A stretch of DNA of 64,000 nt from Nitrospirota bacterium (GCA_963775905.1 CAVZKI010000007.1:80491-144490), one strand, 5' to 3'; counted from the stretch's first letter, positions 1 to 9,601 are shown. The notes: generated by a model from the sequence alone, not told the origin. Made by a program: numbers and translations.

Positions 1-543
1 TACACGGCGATCTCGGGCCAAGCCATTGTCACGCATCCCGGTGAGGATCGAGTTCTTCCGGTCAAGCTCCATGACGAGGTGTTCTTCAAGGATGTAATTC
101 AGACTCAAGACGAATCGCGCACAAAAGCGTTGTTTCAAGATGACAGCATGCTGACGGTGGGAGAAAACAGCCGGGTGGAGATCGACGAGTATATCTACAA
201 CCCGGAAAAGAATGTCCGGCAGACGATTGTGAAGCTCATGCAAGGCCAGGTGCGGGCCCTGGTGAGCAAAGTGTTCAAGGCGAATGGATCAAGATTCGAG
301 ATCCATACTCCCTCGGCTGTCGCGGCGGCACGGGGAACCTATTTCACCGTCTGGGTCGAGAATGGACAGTCGGGCATTATCAACATTGGTGAGAAGGGAC
401 GCGTTGATTTTACGTCGGGGGGAATGACGGTTGCCGTTGATCCCGGTTACTTCTCGATTGCCCATGAAGGTCAAGCTCCGTCAGCCCCCCTGCCGCATCA
501 GCTTGGCCTGAAAGGCAATGACCGAGCTCGGAAGCGACGGTGA
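1..543 (+). CDS. FecR-domain protein, C-terminal part (5' end upstream of window)
   Basis: Frame 1 is open from nt 1 to TGA 541-543. The GENSRVEIDEY...TPSAVAAARGTYFTVW pattern is FecR-like. It lies upstream of a CHASE2 cyclase, a recurrent pairing. Confidence 0.6.
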   Translation, partial: YTAISGQAIVTHPGEDRVLPVKLHDEVFFKDVIQTQDESRTKALFQDDSMLTVGENSRVEIDEYIYNPEKNVRQTIVKLMQGQVRALVSKVFKANGSRFEIHTPSAVAAARGTYFTVWVENGQSGIINIGEKGRVDFTSGGMTVAVDPGYFSIAHEGQAPSAPLPHQLGLKGNDRARKRR

Positions 544-1190
544 AAAGTACTGAGAAGACTGCCTCAACACACGTGACGATTCACGATCAAGGGCCGAATG
601 TTATTCGCCCGATCGAGAAGACCGAAGTGACTCCTGGCATCCTCTCCGGCTGGACTTACTCGGGCATTGGTGGCCGTTGAGCTTACGACACTGCGCGAAG
701 CGCCTCTCGTTGAATTGCCGGCCCAAGTGCTCCAGGCGCTGAACCTTGATGCGCGCTTGATGAAGGCGCTGACAACCTTGCCCAGTCTGTCCACCGAATC
801 TCTTGGTGGAAGCAGCGGAGGAACGACGGCTGTGACGACGGGAACACTCACGAACGGGTCGCTGACTGTCGGGTCTGTTTCGGTGGGAACGACGTCACCT
901 TCTGGAGGAACTGTTCCGAGGGTTCTGTTTCTGTTGGATCTACGATTGTGGCCCCCTTAGCCCCCGTGATCTCGGCTGTTGTGGCTCCGGTGACTCCGCT
1001 ATCTCAACGGTTGTGGCCCCTGTCGCCCCTCTGATCACAACTGTTACTCGCAACCCTCGTGCGGTGATCAACGGCACCTGGATGTGCTCCGGTAGCTTCG
1101 CATCATCACAACTGTTGTGGCCCGTCGGCTCAGTCACGCCCATTGTGGCCCCAGTCGCTATTACTCGATACTCGCACTCCTCTCCGTAAT
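544..1190 (+). other. Degenerate Thr/Gly/Ser/Val/Pro-rich coding-like region, reading frame broken several times
   Basis: Protein-like strings hop between all three + frames (KTASTHVTIHDQGPNVIRPIEK; LTTLREAPLVELPAQVLQAL...GGSSGGTTAVTTGTL; TIVAPLAPVISAVVAPV; TVVAPVAPLITTV). The motif RTTGTGGCYCC occurs 5 times (945, 978, 1010, 1114, 1142). The region is followed by a strong terminator. Confidence 0.3.
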
Positions 1191-1245
1191 CAGCGGCGTC
1201 TTGGGTTTACTACGCCATAGCGTTCTTTGACGACAGATACCGTTT

Positions 1246-1288
1246 CTGCGGCCCTTGGCTCAAGTCAGCCAAGGGCCGCAGTTATTTT
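1246..1288 (+). terminator. Rho-independent terminator
   Basis: Perfect 15-bp stem CTGCGGCCCTTGGCT / AGCCAAGGGCCGCAG, 6-nt loop, then TTATTTT. Confidence 0.8.
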
Positions 1289-1415
1289 GGTCGGTGACCG
1301 CTAGAGAGACGGTGCGTACTGTGCAAATTGTCTTGTCCCTCCAATACAACCAGGCACAATAGTATCCGATGAGCGGCGAGCCCGCTCACAAGCCTTGAAC
1401 GGTGAATAACGTCTC

Positions 1416-3536
1416 GTGAAATTCTCAGCAGACAACAACTCAGGATTCGGGTTTCCACTCGGCATCGGCTTGGGCGTGGCCGTCACGATCGGGTTGGCAT
1501 TTTTGACGTGGCTGGCTCCCAACGTCGTCGTGCGTCTGGACAATACCGCCTTGGATTTTCAGTTCCGGCTGCGGGGTGAACGAAGTCCGGGCCAGGAAGT
1601 CGTGCTCGTGTTGGTCGACGAGAAAAGCCTCAAAGAGATTGGACGATGGCCTTGGCCTCGCGACAAACAAGCGCTTCTCGTCGATCAGATTCACGCGGGC
1701 GAACCTGCTGTGCTCGGCCTCGATATCATCTACGCCGAACCGGAAGAATCCGACGCGATCCGTGAGATCAAGTCATGGTTGGCCGCAGCACAACAGAAGG
1801 AACCGTTATCCAACAAGGTGCTCGGACTGTTGGAAGCCCGCCTCCACGCCTTAGACACGGATCAGCAATTTGCCCAGAGCTTGGCGCGAGCAGGCGAGGT
1901 CGTGCTGGCCATGCCATTTTTCGTGCCGGAGAGTCAGGCGACCAACTCATTGACTGACACAACCCTTACGGTTCCCGAACTCCTCAGGCGAAGTGAGTTC
2001 ATGCTCGTCAAGCAGACGAAGTCTGCCCAAGAGTCTCACCCATACGAGGCGACGGCCTTGCTTCCTCCGCTCGACACATTTGCACAACAGGCAAAGGGCC
2101 TCGGACATGTCTATCGATTGCCCGATCACGATGGCGTCACCCGTCGTGAGGTGCTCGCCCTGCGCCACGGAGATGCCTACTATCCCTCTTTTGCCCTGGA
2201 AGTCGCGCGGCTCTATCTCGGCCGGACCAGAGAACATATGGCGCTCTTGCTTGGGGACGGAGTGCAGGTTGGCGCGACACTCGTACCGACGGATCAGAAG
2301 CTCCGAATGCTCATTAATTACGCGGGTCGGGAACTGCGGTTTCCCTGGGTGTCCGCGACCGATGTGATCCACCATCGAATCCCATCTGATCTCTTCCGGG
2401 GGAAGGCCGTCCTAGTCGGAACCGCTGCGTTGGGAACATACGATCAGCTCAGTACACCCTTTTCCGCCAATTTTTCTGGAGTCGAGAAGAATGCCACCGT
2501 GATCGAGAATATTCTCCACGAACGGTTTCTGACCGCCGGACTCTGGACCGGCCCCGTCGAATTCGGCCTGGTCCTTCTCTTCGGATTCATGTTGACCTAT
2601 ATCCTGCCACGAGTGCGTGCCGTACATGGAACATGTCTGGCAGCAGTGACTTGGATTGGGTACGCGGGCGCCGTGCAGGCGTTATTTGTTGTGAAGGGAA
2701 TCTGTCTGCCCGTCGTGATGCCGACCATGACCATCGGATCGGTCTTCGTCGTGACCACAGTCCTCAACTATGTGTTCAAGGAGCGCCAGGCTCGAGACAT
2801 TCATTCCATGTTTTCCAGTTACGTCAGCCCTCGAATCGTGCAGGAACTCATGAAATCTCCCTCGAAAGCGACGTTAGGAGGACAGCGTAAAGAACTGACC
2901 ATGCTGTTTGCCGATCTGGTCGGATTCACCACGTTCAGTGAACATCGTCCGGCAGAAGCAGTGGTCGATCAGCTCAATGAATATCTTAGCGCAATGACCG
3001 ACGTGATTTTCCGGTGGAACGGGACGTTGGACAAATTTGTCGGAGACGAGATTGTCGTCTTCTGGGGGGCGCCGCTGGATCAGCCGGACCATGCCGAACT
3101 AGCCGTACAATGCGCGTTGGAGATGCAGGCCCGGCTGATGGACTTGCAGGCCAGGTGGAAGACGCAAGGAAAGCCGATGCTCGAGAACGGGATCGGCATC
3201 AACACGGGTGTGGCCCTGGTGGGTAACATCGGCGCAGAGGGCAAAAAAATGGATTACACCATGATCGGCGATCAGGTGAACCTGGCCGCGCGCTTCCAGG
3301 GACTGACCAGAACACTGGGCCATCCGATTTTGCTGACCGAGTTCACGGCATCAAAGCTCGCATCAGGCCTGGATCGAGGAAAGCCGGACGCGCGACGGCT
3401 GTGGCTCGATCAGATCCAGCTCAGAAAGCTTCAAGTGGTCACCGTCAAAGGCCGGCAAGAGCCGGTGGGAGCCTATGCAGTGGAATTTCAGTCTGAGAGT
3501 ACGGGGCACGCGGAACGCGAGGCTCGCACAGGTTGA
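1416..3536 (+). CDS. CHASE2-domain class III adenylate/guanylate cyclase (membrane sensor)
   Basis: N-terminal TM segment plus extracytoplasmic CHASE2-like region, then several TM segments. C-terminal cyclase core: LTMLFADLVGFT, LDKFVGDEIVVFWGAP, MDYTMIGDQVNLAARFQ. Confidence 0.9.
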   Translation: MKFSADNNSGFGFPLGIGLGVAVTIGLAFLTWLAPNVVVRLDNTALDFQFRLRGERSPGQEVVLVLVDEKSLKEIGRWPWPRDKQALLVDQIHAGEPAVLGLDIIYAEPEESDAIREIKSWLAAAQQKEPLSNKVLGLLEARLHALDTDQQFAQSLARAGEVVLAMPFFVPESQATNSLTDTTLTVPELLRRSEFMLVKQTKSAQESHPYEATALLPPLDTFAQQAKGLGHVYRLPDHDGVTRREVLALRHGDAYYPSFALEVARLYLGRTREHMALLLGDGVQVGATLVPTDQKLRMLINYAGRELRFPWVSATDVIHHRIPSDLFRGKAVLVGTAALGTYDQLSTPFSANFSGVEKNATVIENILHERFLTAGLWTGPVEFGLVLLFGFMLTYILPRVRAVHGTCLAAVTWIGYAGAVQALFVVKGICLPVVMPTMTIGSVFVVTTVLNYVFKERQARDIHSMFSSYVSPRIVQELMKSPSKATLGGQRKELTMLFADLVGFTTFSEHRPAEAVVDQLNEYLSAMTDVIFRWNGTLDKFVGDEIVVFWGAPLDQPDHAELAVQCALEMQARLMDLQARWKTQGKPMLENGIGINTGVALVGNIGAEGKKMDYTMIGDQVNLAARFQGLTRTLGHPILLTEFTASKLASGLDRGKPDARRLWLDQIQLRKLQVVTVKGRQEPVGAYAVEFQSESTGHAEREARTG

Positions 3537-3551
3537 AGACAAAGACGCGGG

Positions 3552-5045
3552 TTAGGCGATCTTGCGGGTCGTCGAACGAGGCTGAGTGACTTGGTAGACT
3601 CTTTCTTTCCTAAAAACGTCCACGAGTTCCGAGTCTACTTTCCCCTCCTTGCTCTGGCTTTCGAGATACCTGAGCGCAGTGTCAGAGGAGATGGCCTCTT
3701 TGTATGGCCGGTCCGACGCTGTTAAGGCGTCGTAGATATCGCAAATTGTCATCATGCGAGCCTGTAGCGGAATCTGATTGTGTAGGAGCCCACGGGGATA
3801 GCCGCTGCCATCCAACTTTTCATGGTGGCTCCACGCGATCGACGGCACGTTTTTGAGCGATCTCGACCAGGGGATTTTTGACAGAAATTCAAACGTGTGA
3901 GCGACGTGCCCCTCGATCTCTTTTCGTTCGGACGGGGTGAGAGTGCCCTGGAGAACCGATAGCGCGCCGACTTCCTCCTCCGTCAGAAAAGGACGGGGCC
4001 CATCGTATGACCGGTATTCCAGATGCGCGATTTCCTTCAACTTCACGACTTGGGCAGGGGATTGGGAACCCGGCTGATTGCATTTCAGGATGAACGAAAA
4101 CATCTCGTCCACCTCTTTCATCCGCTCGCCCAGTTGTCGATCCAGTTGTGCCAACAAGGCCTGCTTTTTCCCACCCATTTTCGCTTCATGCACCTCCAGC
4201 TTTCGGTGTAATGCGTCGACCTCCAGAGTCCTCTTGATGAAGTCGAACCGTGCTTTGATGAGTTCCTGCTGGAGCTGATACAGCTTCCGTGCTTTGAGGA
4301 GGATGTGCTCACGAACGCCGACCTTGCCGAAGTCATGCAGCACGGCGGCATAGCGGAGTTCTTTGAGTTGTTCCGCGTTGAATCGAACGCCTGCATAGAG
4401 GCCCGAGTCGGCCTGGGTGACAGCTTCTGCCAGCCGACAAGTGAGGGTGGCCACGCGTTGGCTGTGCCCGCTGGTGGTGGGGTCCCGACTTTCAATGGCT
4501 TGCACACTGGCGGAGATAAACCCTTCGAACAAGAGATGAATTTCCTCGTAGAGATTGGCATTTTCGATGGCGATGCCGACTTGATGACCGAGCGCGACGA
4601 AATTCTGGAGATCGTCCTCGCCGAACAGATCCCCATTCTTGTGGTTGATGGCTTGGAGCACCCCCAGAAGGCGGCCATGCGCCGTGACGGGCACACAGAC
4701 CATATTGCGCGTGACGAATCCGCTGGCTTGATCCACATGGCGAAAGAAACGGACATCGTGCTGAACATCGTTGACGATAATAGGCTCTCCGGTTCGAGCG
4801 ACATGTCCCGCAATACCTTGCCCGTGCCGGAGACGAGCCTGGCGAACAGCCTCGCCCTTCTCGCCATGGGCCACATCGAAATACAATTCGCCGGTGGCTT
4901 CCTCCAACAAGAGGAGCGAGCCGGCTTCGGCATTCATCAAGAGAGTGGCCGCTTCAATGGCGCGCTTGCGGATAGTCGCGTGATCGAGACTCGAATTCAG
5001 CAGGGCGCTGATTTCCTGAAGTTGTCGCAGTGTGGGGTCTTTCAT
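3552..5045 (-). CDS. GAF-domain HD-GYP phosphodiesterase
   Basis: N-terminal GAF pattern (GIAGHVARTGEPIIVNDV...VCVPV). HD motif HDFGKVGV and HHEKLDGSGYPRGL (HD-GYP). Confidence 0.9.
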   Translation of the reverse strand: MKDPTLRQLQEISALLNSSLDHATIRKRAIEAATLLMNAEAGSLLLLEEATGELYFDVAHGEKGEAVRQARLRHGQGIAGHVARTGEPIIVNDVQHDVRFFRHVDQASGFVTRNMVCVPVTAHGRLLGVLQAINHKNGDLFGEDDLQNFVALGHQVGIAIENANLYEEIHLLFEGFISASVQAIESRDPTTSGHSQRVATLTCRLAEAVTQADSGLYAGVRFNAEQLKELRYAAVLHDFGKVGVREHILLKARKLYQLQQELIKARFDFIKRTLEVDALHRKLEVHEAKMGGKKQALLAQLDRQLGERMKEVDEMFSFILKCNQPGSQSPAQVVKLKEIAHLEYRSYDGPRPFLTEEEVGALSVLQGTLTPSERKEIEGHVAHTFEFLSKIPWSRSLKNVPSIAWSHHEKLDGSGYPRGLLHNQIPLQARMMTICDIYDALTASDRPYKEAISSDTALRYLESQSKEGKVDSELVDVFRKERVYQVTQPRSTTRKIA

Positions 5046-5199
5046 AACATGAAATCCTGCATGCGTCGGCGCACAGAGTGCTTCCGTGAAACTGTAACAC
5101 GGTAGATTCGTTTTGCACGGAAAAGCGCTGTTTAGAAATAGTCAGAAAAGCCTAGGCATAGCAGCCGCGCGCCGCGAAACGGGGGCTGACACTGCATGC

Positions 5200-5721
5200 C
5201 TACTTCCGGCCGGAGGCTGATCGACAGGCGCTTAGTTCCAGCGGTTCAATTTCACGGCCGGTGGATTGATTCGGAAGAGTCTCCCGAATTCCCACGTGAT
5301 ACATGTCGTCCCTGTAACGCACCGCGACCTCATAGTGATAATTCGGTCGTGCCTTCAGTAGCGTCTCATACGTGATGGTGCCGCTCCGGTTCGCAAAAAA
5401 GGAGGAGCTGCCAAAGACGAACACCAGATAACTCCATCGGTGAGGTGGGATTCCGATATCAATCTTGGCATCAGCCAGTTGGACCGTGCCTTCATAGTCG
5501 AGGGCACAATCCTCGCCCACGCGATGGATGTCAACGGCCGCACGGACGCGTGAGAACCACGACCCCGAATCAGTGACGGTATGCACGTGCAGGTTCTTGT
5601 CGAGCGTGTTCGGGTATGTCTTGCTTCCGAAACAGCCGGCAAGGAGGTTCACTGTAAGGATCAAGATCACGATGAAGGCGATCCTGCCGATGTTGAGAGG
5701 GTTCCCCATTGCTCGGTTCAT
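5200..5721 (-). CDS. Lipoprotein of unknown function
   Basis: Signal peptide with lipobox LLAGC. No recognisable domain. Confidence 0.6.
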   Translation of the reverse strand: MNRAMGNPLNIGRIAFIVILILTVNLLAGCFGSKTYPNTLDKNLHVHTVTDSGSWFSRVRAAVDIHRVGEDCALDYEGTVQLADAKIDIGIPPHRWSYLVFVFGSSSFFANRSGTITYETLLKARPNYHYEVAVRYRDDMYHVGIRETLPNQSTGREIEPLELSACRSASGRK

Positions 5722-5731
5722 GGCAAGCGCG

Positions 5732-6241
5732 TCACTTCGTGAGATCAGGACACCCGATATTCTCGCCGGTTGCCCAATTCTTCACCGCCTGGATCAGAAC
5801 GCCGTGGCCCATGGACGGGCGATAGAGATCGATGCGGGTTTTCGTTTGAGTAACGGGCTGGGCATCGGCGACCAGAAGATAATAGCCTCCCTCAGGCTCC
5901 TTGCTGACATTGAGCACACCCTGCTCATGGTGCATTTGCACGTGCAGCTCGGCTTTCTTCCCTGTCACCACCACCGTGGGTTTGTAGGTGGTCACGATGA
6001 CCTGGTAGCTCATGTTGGTTTGAGACGTCGTTTTGATCGTCTTCGCCAAACAGTTCGGCCCCATCTTTTGGAAGGTGCTGGCCACCTGACTAAAGGGACG
6101 ATTGACCTCGATCGTCTCGACTTTAGCCGAAAACGCCGCGGGAACGGCTTTGCGAAACTCCTCGGCGGTTTGCGGATGAGAGACACAGCCGGATAGAGCG
6201 AGGACACTCAGGAACATGATGAATACATGATAGCGGTTCAT
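5732..6241 (-). CDS. Lipoprotein of unknown function
   Basis: ATG at 6241 preceded by AGGAGGG. Signal peptide MNRYHVFIMFLSVLALSGC with lipobox. Confidence 0.65.
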   Translation of the reverse strand: MNRYHVFIMFLSVLALSGCVSHPQTAEEFRKAVPAAFSAKVETIEVNRPFSQVASTFQKMGPNCLAKTIKTTSQTNMSYQVIVTTYKPTVVVTGKKAELHVQMHHEQGVLNVSKEPEGGYYLLVADAQPVTQTKTRIDLYRPSMGHGVLIQAVKNWATGENIGCPDLTK

Positions 6242-6614
6242 GACACCCTCCTGCCTGCGCCTGTGTGAGAAAAGCAAACGATTGACCCCGATACTGGTAT
6301 TTGAAAACCAAACCGGAAATGAGTCAATGGAAATACCTTTTCTCTTCAGGGGAGAGCAGGCGCCGGGGCGAGAAGCAAAAGCTCGTCAGCGAGACTCAGT
6401 CGGCTGTGAGCAGGAAAATAGATGTGGATTCCTCAACGTAGTCTCAAGAAGTGAGACGTCGCGCGCCGCGAAATGGGGGCTAAGGCATTTCTTCGCCGCA
6501 TGATGTTGGATTCAAGACCTGACCTTCAATCTTTCCTGAAACGGTTTGTGAAACCCAGCGCACCAGGGCCTCTTTCACAAGAAGCCCTGGTGGCTTTGAA
6601 GATGGCTGGTCCTC

Positions 6615-6797
6615 GGAGTCTGTCCGAGTAATGCCATTCTACTGCAGCAAACGATCTGCAAGCATCTGCGTCGTTCTCGGCCCGAAAAAATCCTCAACGT
6701 ATTCCAGCGAATACGCCTCCGGCTTTTTCGAGCCTGCGGCCTCGCATCTACCAGCAGCTCCTTTGCTTCGCAACGAAGGATTACTCGGACAGACTCC
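6615..6797. repeat. Nested-hairpin repeat, family B copy 1 (183 bp)
   Basis: 18-nt terminal inverted arms GGAGTCTGTCCGAGTAAT / ATTACTCGGACAGACTCC. Inner GTATTC-cagc-GAATAC hairpin. Homologous to 36763-36945. Confidence 0.85.
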
Positions 6798-6801
6798 TGC
6801 C

Positions 6802-7167
6802 CTATTGCACGTCGACAGTGATGGTATCGGCGGCCGTGACAAGATCGTGGTCCTTCGTGGCACCTTTCACGGTGATCTTGTGCTTCCCCTTGCTCAGGCC
6901 CTTAATCTCCCCTTTAAAACCCTTCTGATACTGATCGTCCACATACGCATGGACATGCGCAGCTTGGGAGCCCTTGGTCAACTCGTACTTCAGCTCAAAG
7001 CTGTCGCTGACCTTGTCCCCGTCCTTGGGAGACGTAATCATAACCTTCGACCCATCCTCTATTGGTGGTTTATCTGGGTTATCCCCTGCGAAGACTGGTG
7101 CTCCACTGAGACAGCCCACTAACGCGATCCCTAATCCCATGAACCCGATACGTCCTATCACATGCAT
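6802..7167 (-). CDS. Secreted small protein of unknown function (possibly DUF4399-like)
   Basis: ATG 7167 preceded by AAGGAGG. Signal peptide MHVIGRIGFMGLGIALVGC. The DUF4399 resemblance is from memory only. Confidence 0.6.
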   Translation of the reverse strand: MHVIGRIGFMGLGIALVGCLSGAPVFAGDNPDKPPIEDGSKVMITSPKDGDKVSDSFELKYELTKGSQAAHVHAYVDDQYQKGFKGEIKGLSKGKHKITVKGATKDHDLVTAADTITVDVQ

Positions 7168-7254
7168 CGCAACCTCCTTGTTTGAACCAGCTGAATAGAC
7201 ACTGCAGCTTACCATCCCCTGCCGGATATCTTCTTGTCTGAAAACCAATCGTTC

Positions 7255-7600
7255 CCCGATAGAGAATATTTGAACATTCTACTTTTCAGGATTGTCCCAG
7301 TCAATCCACACATACGCGCATCGAGGGAGCACATTCTAATCGTGCGACCTCGGCGAGCAAGAAGAGCACCTGGCCGCTCTTTCCACGACCGAGCTTGCCC
7401 GTTCACTCTCCCGGGAACGGCACCCGTGTTGGTCCCACTGCGGCCGTCGAGCGAGGCCCTTCCACTTCCAAAACCTCTCTTAAGGAGAGTGGCCAAGGCT
7501 GTCCTTTACTGCGCGCATCGAGCGACCACTGTTTCATCGTGGGGGCTCTGCGAGCAAGAAGGGCACCTGGCCGCTCCCCTCCCCCCTGTTACTCCGTCAT
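7255..7600. repeat. Composite intergenic repeat, family D copy (two core modules)
   Basis: Core ...GCGCATCGAG.GA.CA....T..ATCGTG.G.CTC.GCGAGCAAGAAG.GCACCTGGCCGCTC occurs twice here. It recurs at 11265-11700, 15775-15890, 29030-29131 and 30286-30640. Confidence 0.8.
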
Positions 7601-7632
7601 ATGGTACGGTAGAGGGACGCAGGAGCCCGACG

Positions 7633-8577
7633 ATGACCATCCAGGCACAATTTCCAGACGAGCAGAGCGTCGAAGGCGCCTTCACCAGGCAACCGGATGC
7701 CTTTCGGGGCTGGGTGACCGCAAATGGTAATTCCGGTTACCCGGCGGCGAGCGGCCGCTACCATCTCTATGTCTCCTGGGCCTGCCCCTGGGCGCATCGG
7801 ACGATCATTGTGCGGAAACTCAAGAAGCTCGAAAACGTGATCGGCATGACAGTCGTGGACCCGATCCGCGACGAGCGGGGCTGGGCGTTCCGCGAAGGGC
7901 CGGGCCATTCGCTCGATCCCATCAATGGATTCCAGTTCCTCAGCCAGGCCTACAAGGCCACCGATCCGAACTATCGGGGACGGTTCACCGTCCCTGTGTT
8001 GTGGGATACGGTGACGGAACGCATAGTCACCAATTCCGACGACGACCTCATGCGCATGTTCAACGGCGAGTTCAATCGCTTCACCGAGAGCATGATCGAC
8101 CTGTATCAAGAAGGAATCAGGAATGAGATCGACGACCTCAATACCTTCATCTACGAGAACGTGAACGACGGGGTCTATCGCGCGGGATTCGCCACATCGC
8201 AGCAGGCCTATGAACGAGCCGTGCGGCGCCTCTTCGACGCCTTCGATCAACTCGAGGACCGGCTGGCGCGCCAACGCTACCTCTTCGGCTCACAATTCGT
8301 CGAAACCGATTGGCGCTTGTTCGTCACCCTCGTGCGCTTCGACGCCGTCTACCACGGCCATTTCAAGTGCAACCTCAGGCGAATCATCGACTACCCAAAC
8401 CTCTTCTGCTACCTCAAAGACCTCTATCAGACCGACGGCATCGCCGACACCGTGAACTTCGACCACATCAAGCGGCACTACTACATCACCCACGACGACA
8501 TCAATCCGACCCGTATCGTCCCCCTTGGGCCCGACCAAGATCTCACCACCCCCCATGGCCGCGAACATCTGCGATAA
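7633..8577 (+). CDS. yqjG: Glutathionyl-hydroquinone reductase (Xi-class GST, YqjG/ECM4 family)
   Basis: GRYHLYVSWACPWAHRTIIVRKL with the CPWA motif. Start taken at ATG 7633 (MTIQAQ) because the upstream in-frame part of the ORF is repeat-derived. Confidence 0.85.
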   Translation: MTIQAQFPDEQSVEGAFTRQPDAFRGWVTANGNSGYPAASGRYHLYVSWACPWAHRTIIVRKLKKLENVIGMTVVDPIRDERGWAFREGPGHSLDPINGFQFLSQAYKATDPNYRGRFTVPVLWDTVTERIVTNSDDDLMRMFNGEFNRFTESMIDLYQEGIRNEIDDLNTFIYENVNDGVYRAGFATSQQAYERAVRRLFDAFDQLEDRLARQRYLFGSQFVETDWRLFVTLVRFDAVYHGHFKCNLRRIIDYPNLFCYLKDLYQTDGIADTVNFDHIKRHYYITHDDINPTRIVPLGPDQDLTTPHGREHLR

Positions 8578-8580
8578 CGA

Positions 8581-8712
8581 GCAGACCGGTTCCTCTGGTT
8601 TATCTGGTTTGTTTAGTTCGTCTAGTTGGTCTTGTTTAACCAAACAAACGAGACAAACCAAATAACAGTCTTCTTCTGCTGGCGGCCTTTTCAGCATCCT
8701 GGTAGAGTACAA
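8581..8712 (-). repeat. Composite repeat: family A 5' stub plus GT-rich/AC-rich palindrome (family C)
   Basis: The reverse complement reads CCAGGATGCTGAAAAGGCCGCCAGCAGAAGAAGACTGTTATTTGGTTTGTCTCG...AACCAGA.... Same architecture as 45073-45190 and 53173-53262. Confidence 0.8.
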
Positions 8713-8737
8713 TTTTTTTCAGAAAGTCTGTCCCCCC

Positions 8738-9601
8738 ATGTCCATCCAGTGGTTTCCCGGTCACATGAATGCGGCGCGCAAAGAAGCGGCCAAGACGATG
8801 GAGGTGATCGATGTCATCGTCGAAGTGCTGGATGCGCGCATACCAGAAGCCAGCTGCAATCCGCTGATCGAAGAGCTGCGCCTGGTCCGCCAACGTCCTA
8901 GCCTGAAAGTGCTCAACAAGGCTGATCTCGCCGATCCCGCCATCACTCAGGCCTGGCTTCACCTGTATAACCAGCAACCGGGCGTCAGCGCCGTGGCTCT
9001 ATCTTGTAGTCATGCGGGCGATGCTGCCAAGGTGCCCCAGCTCTGTCAGCCGCTCGCCCCCCATCGCAATAGCAGCGCAAAGCCGCTGCGCATGCTGATC
9101 ATGGGGGTCCCCAACGTCGGCAAATCGACCCTGATAAATACGCTCCTCAAACGCCGCATCGCTCGCGTGGGCGACGAGCCAGCCGTGACCAAAGTTCAAC
9201 AGCGTCACAAACTGAACGACCACATGGCCATCACCGACTCACCCGGACTGTTATGGGGGACCATCAAAGACCCTTATGTGGGCCTTCTGCTCGCCACGAT
9301 CAACGCCGTGGGCCACAGGGTTGTCGATGACGAAGCTGTCGCCGAATTTCTCGCCACCATCCTGCTTGCGCGCTATCCTGCCCGACTCACGGCCCGCTAC
9401 GGTTTTGCGGTGGACGGGCTTACGAGCGCGGGCGTGATCGACGCCATCGCCAGAAAGCGCGGCTGCCTGCTGACCAGAAGCGGCGGCGGGTTAGACCGAG
9501 ACAAAGCGGCGAGGGTCCTCTTGTCGGACTACCGCAACGGCACACTCGGCCGCACCAGTTTGGAGACACCGGATAGGCGGCCAGAAGAAAAGCGCTCATA
9601 G
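8738..9601 (+). CDS. rbgA: Ribosome biogenesis GTPase A (YlqF/RbgA)
   Basis: MSIQWFPGHM start, circularly permuted GTPase motifs LNKADL ... GVPNVGKSTLIN. Confidence 0.9.
   Translation: MSIQWFPGHMNAARKEAAKTMEVIDVIVEVLDARIPEASCNPLIEELRLVRQRPSLKVLNKADLADPAITQAWLHLYNQQPGVSAVALSCSHAGDAAKVPQLCQPLAPHRNSSAKPLRMLIMGVPNVGKSTLINTLLKRRIARVGDEPAVTKVQQRHKLNDHMAITDSPGLLWGTIKDPYVGLLLATINAVGHRVVDDEAVAEFLATILLARYPARLTARYGFAVDGLTSAGVIDAIARKRGCLLTRSGGGLDRDKAARVLLSDYRNGTLGRTSLETPDRRPEEKRS

Noticed and set aside
7234-7632. 133-codon N-terminal extension of the yqjG ORF
   Set aside because: The extension is translated from family D repeat modules that recur in non-coding contexts. The conserved GS-HQR sequence starts at ATG 7633.
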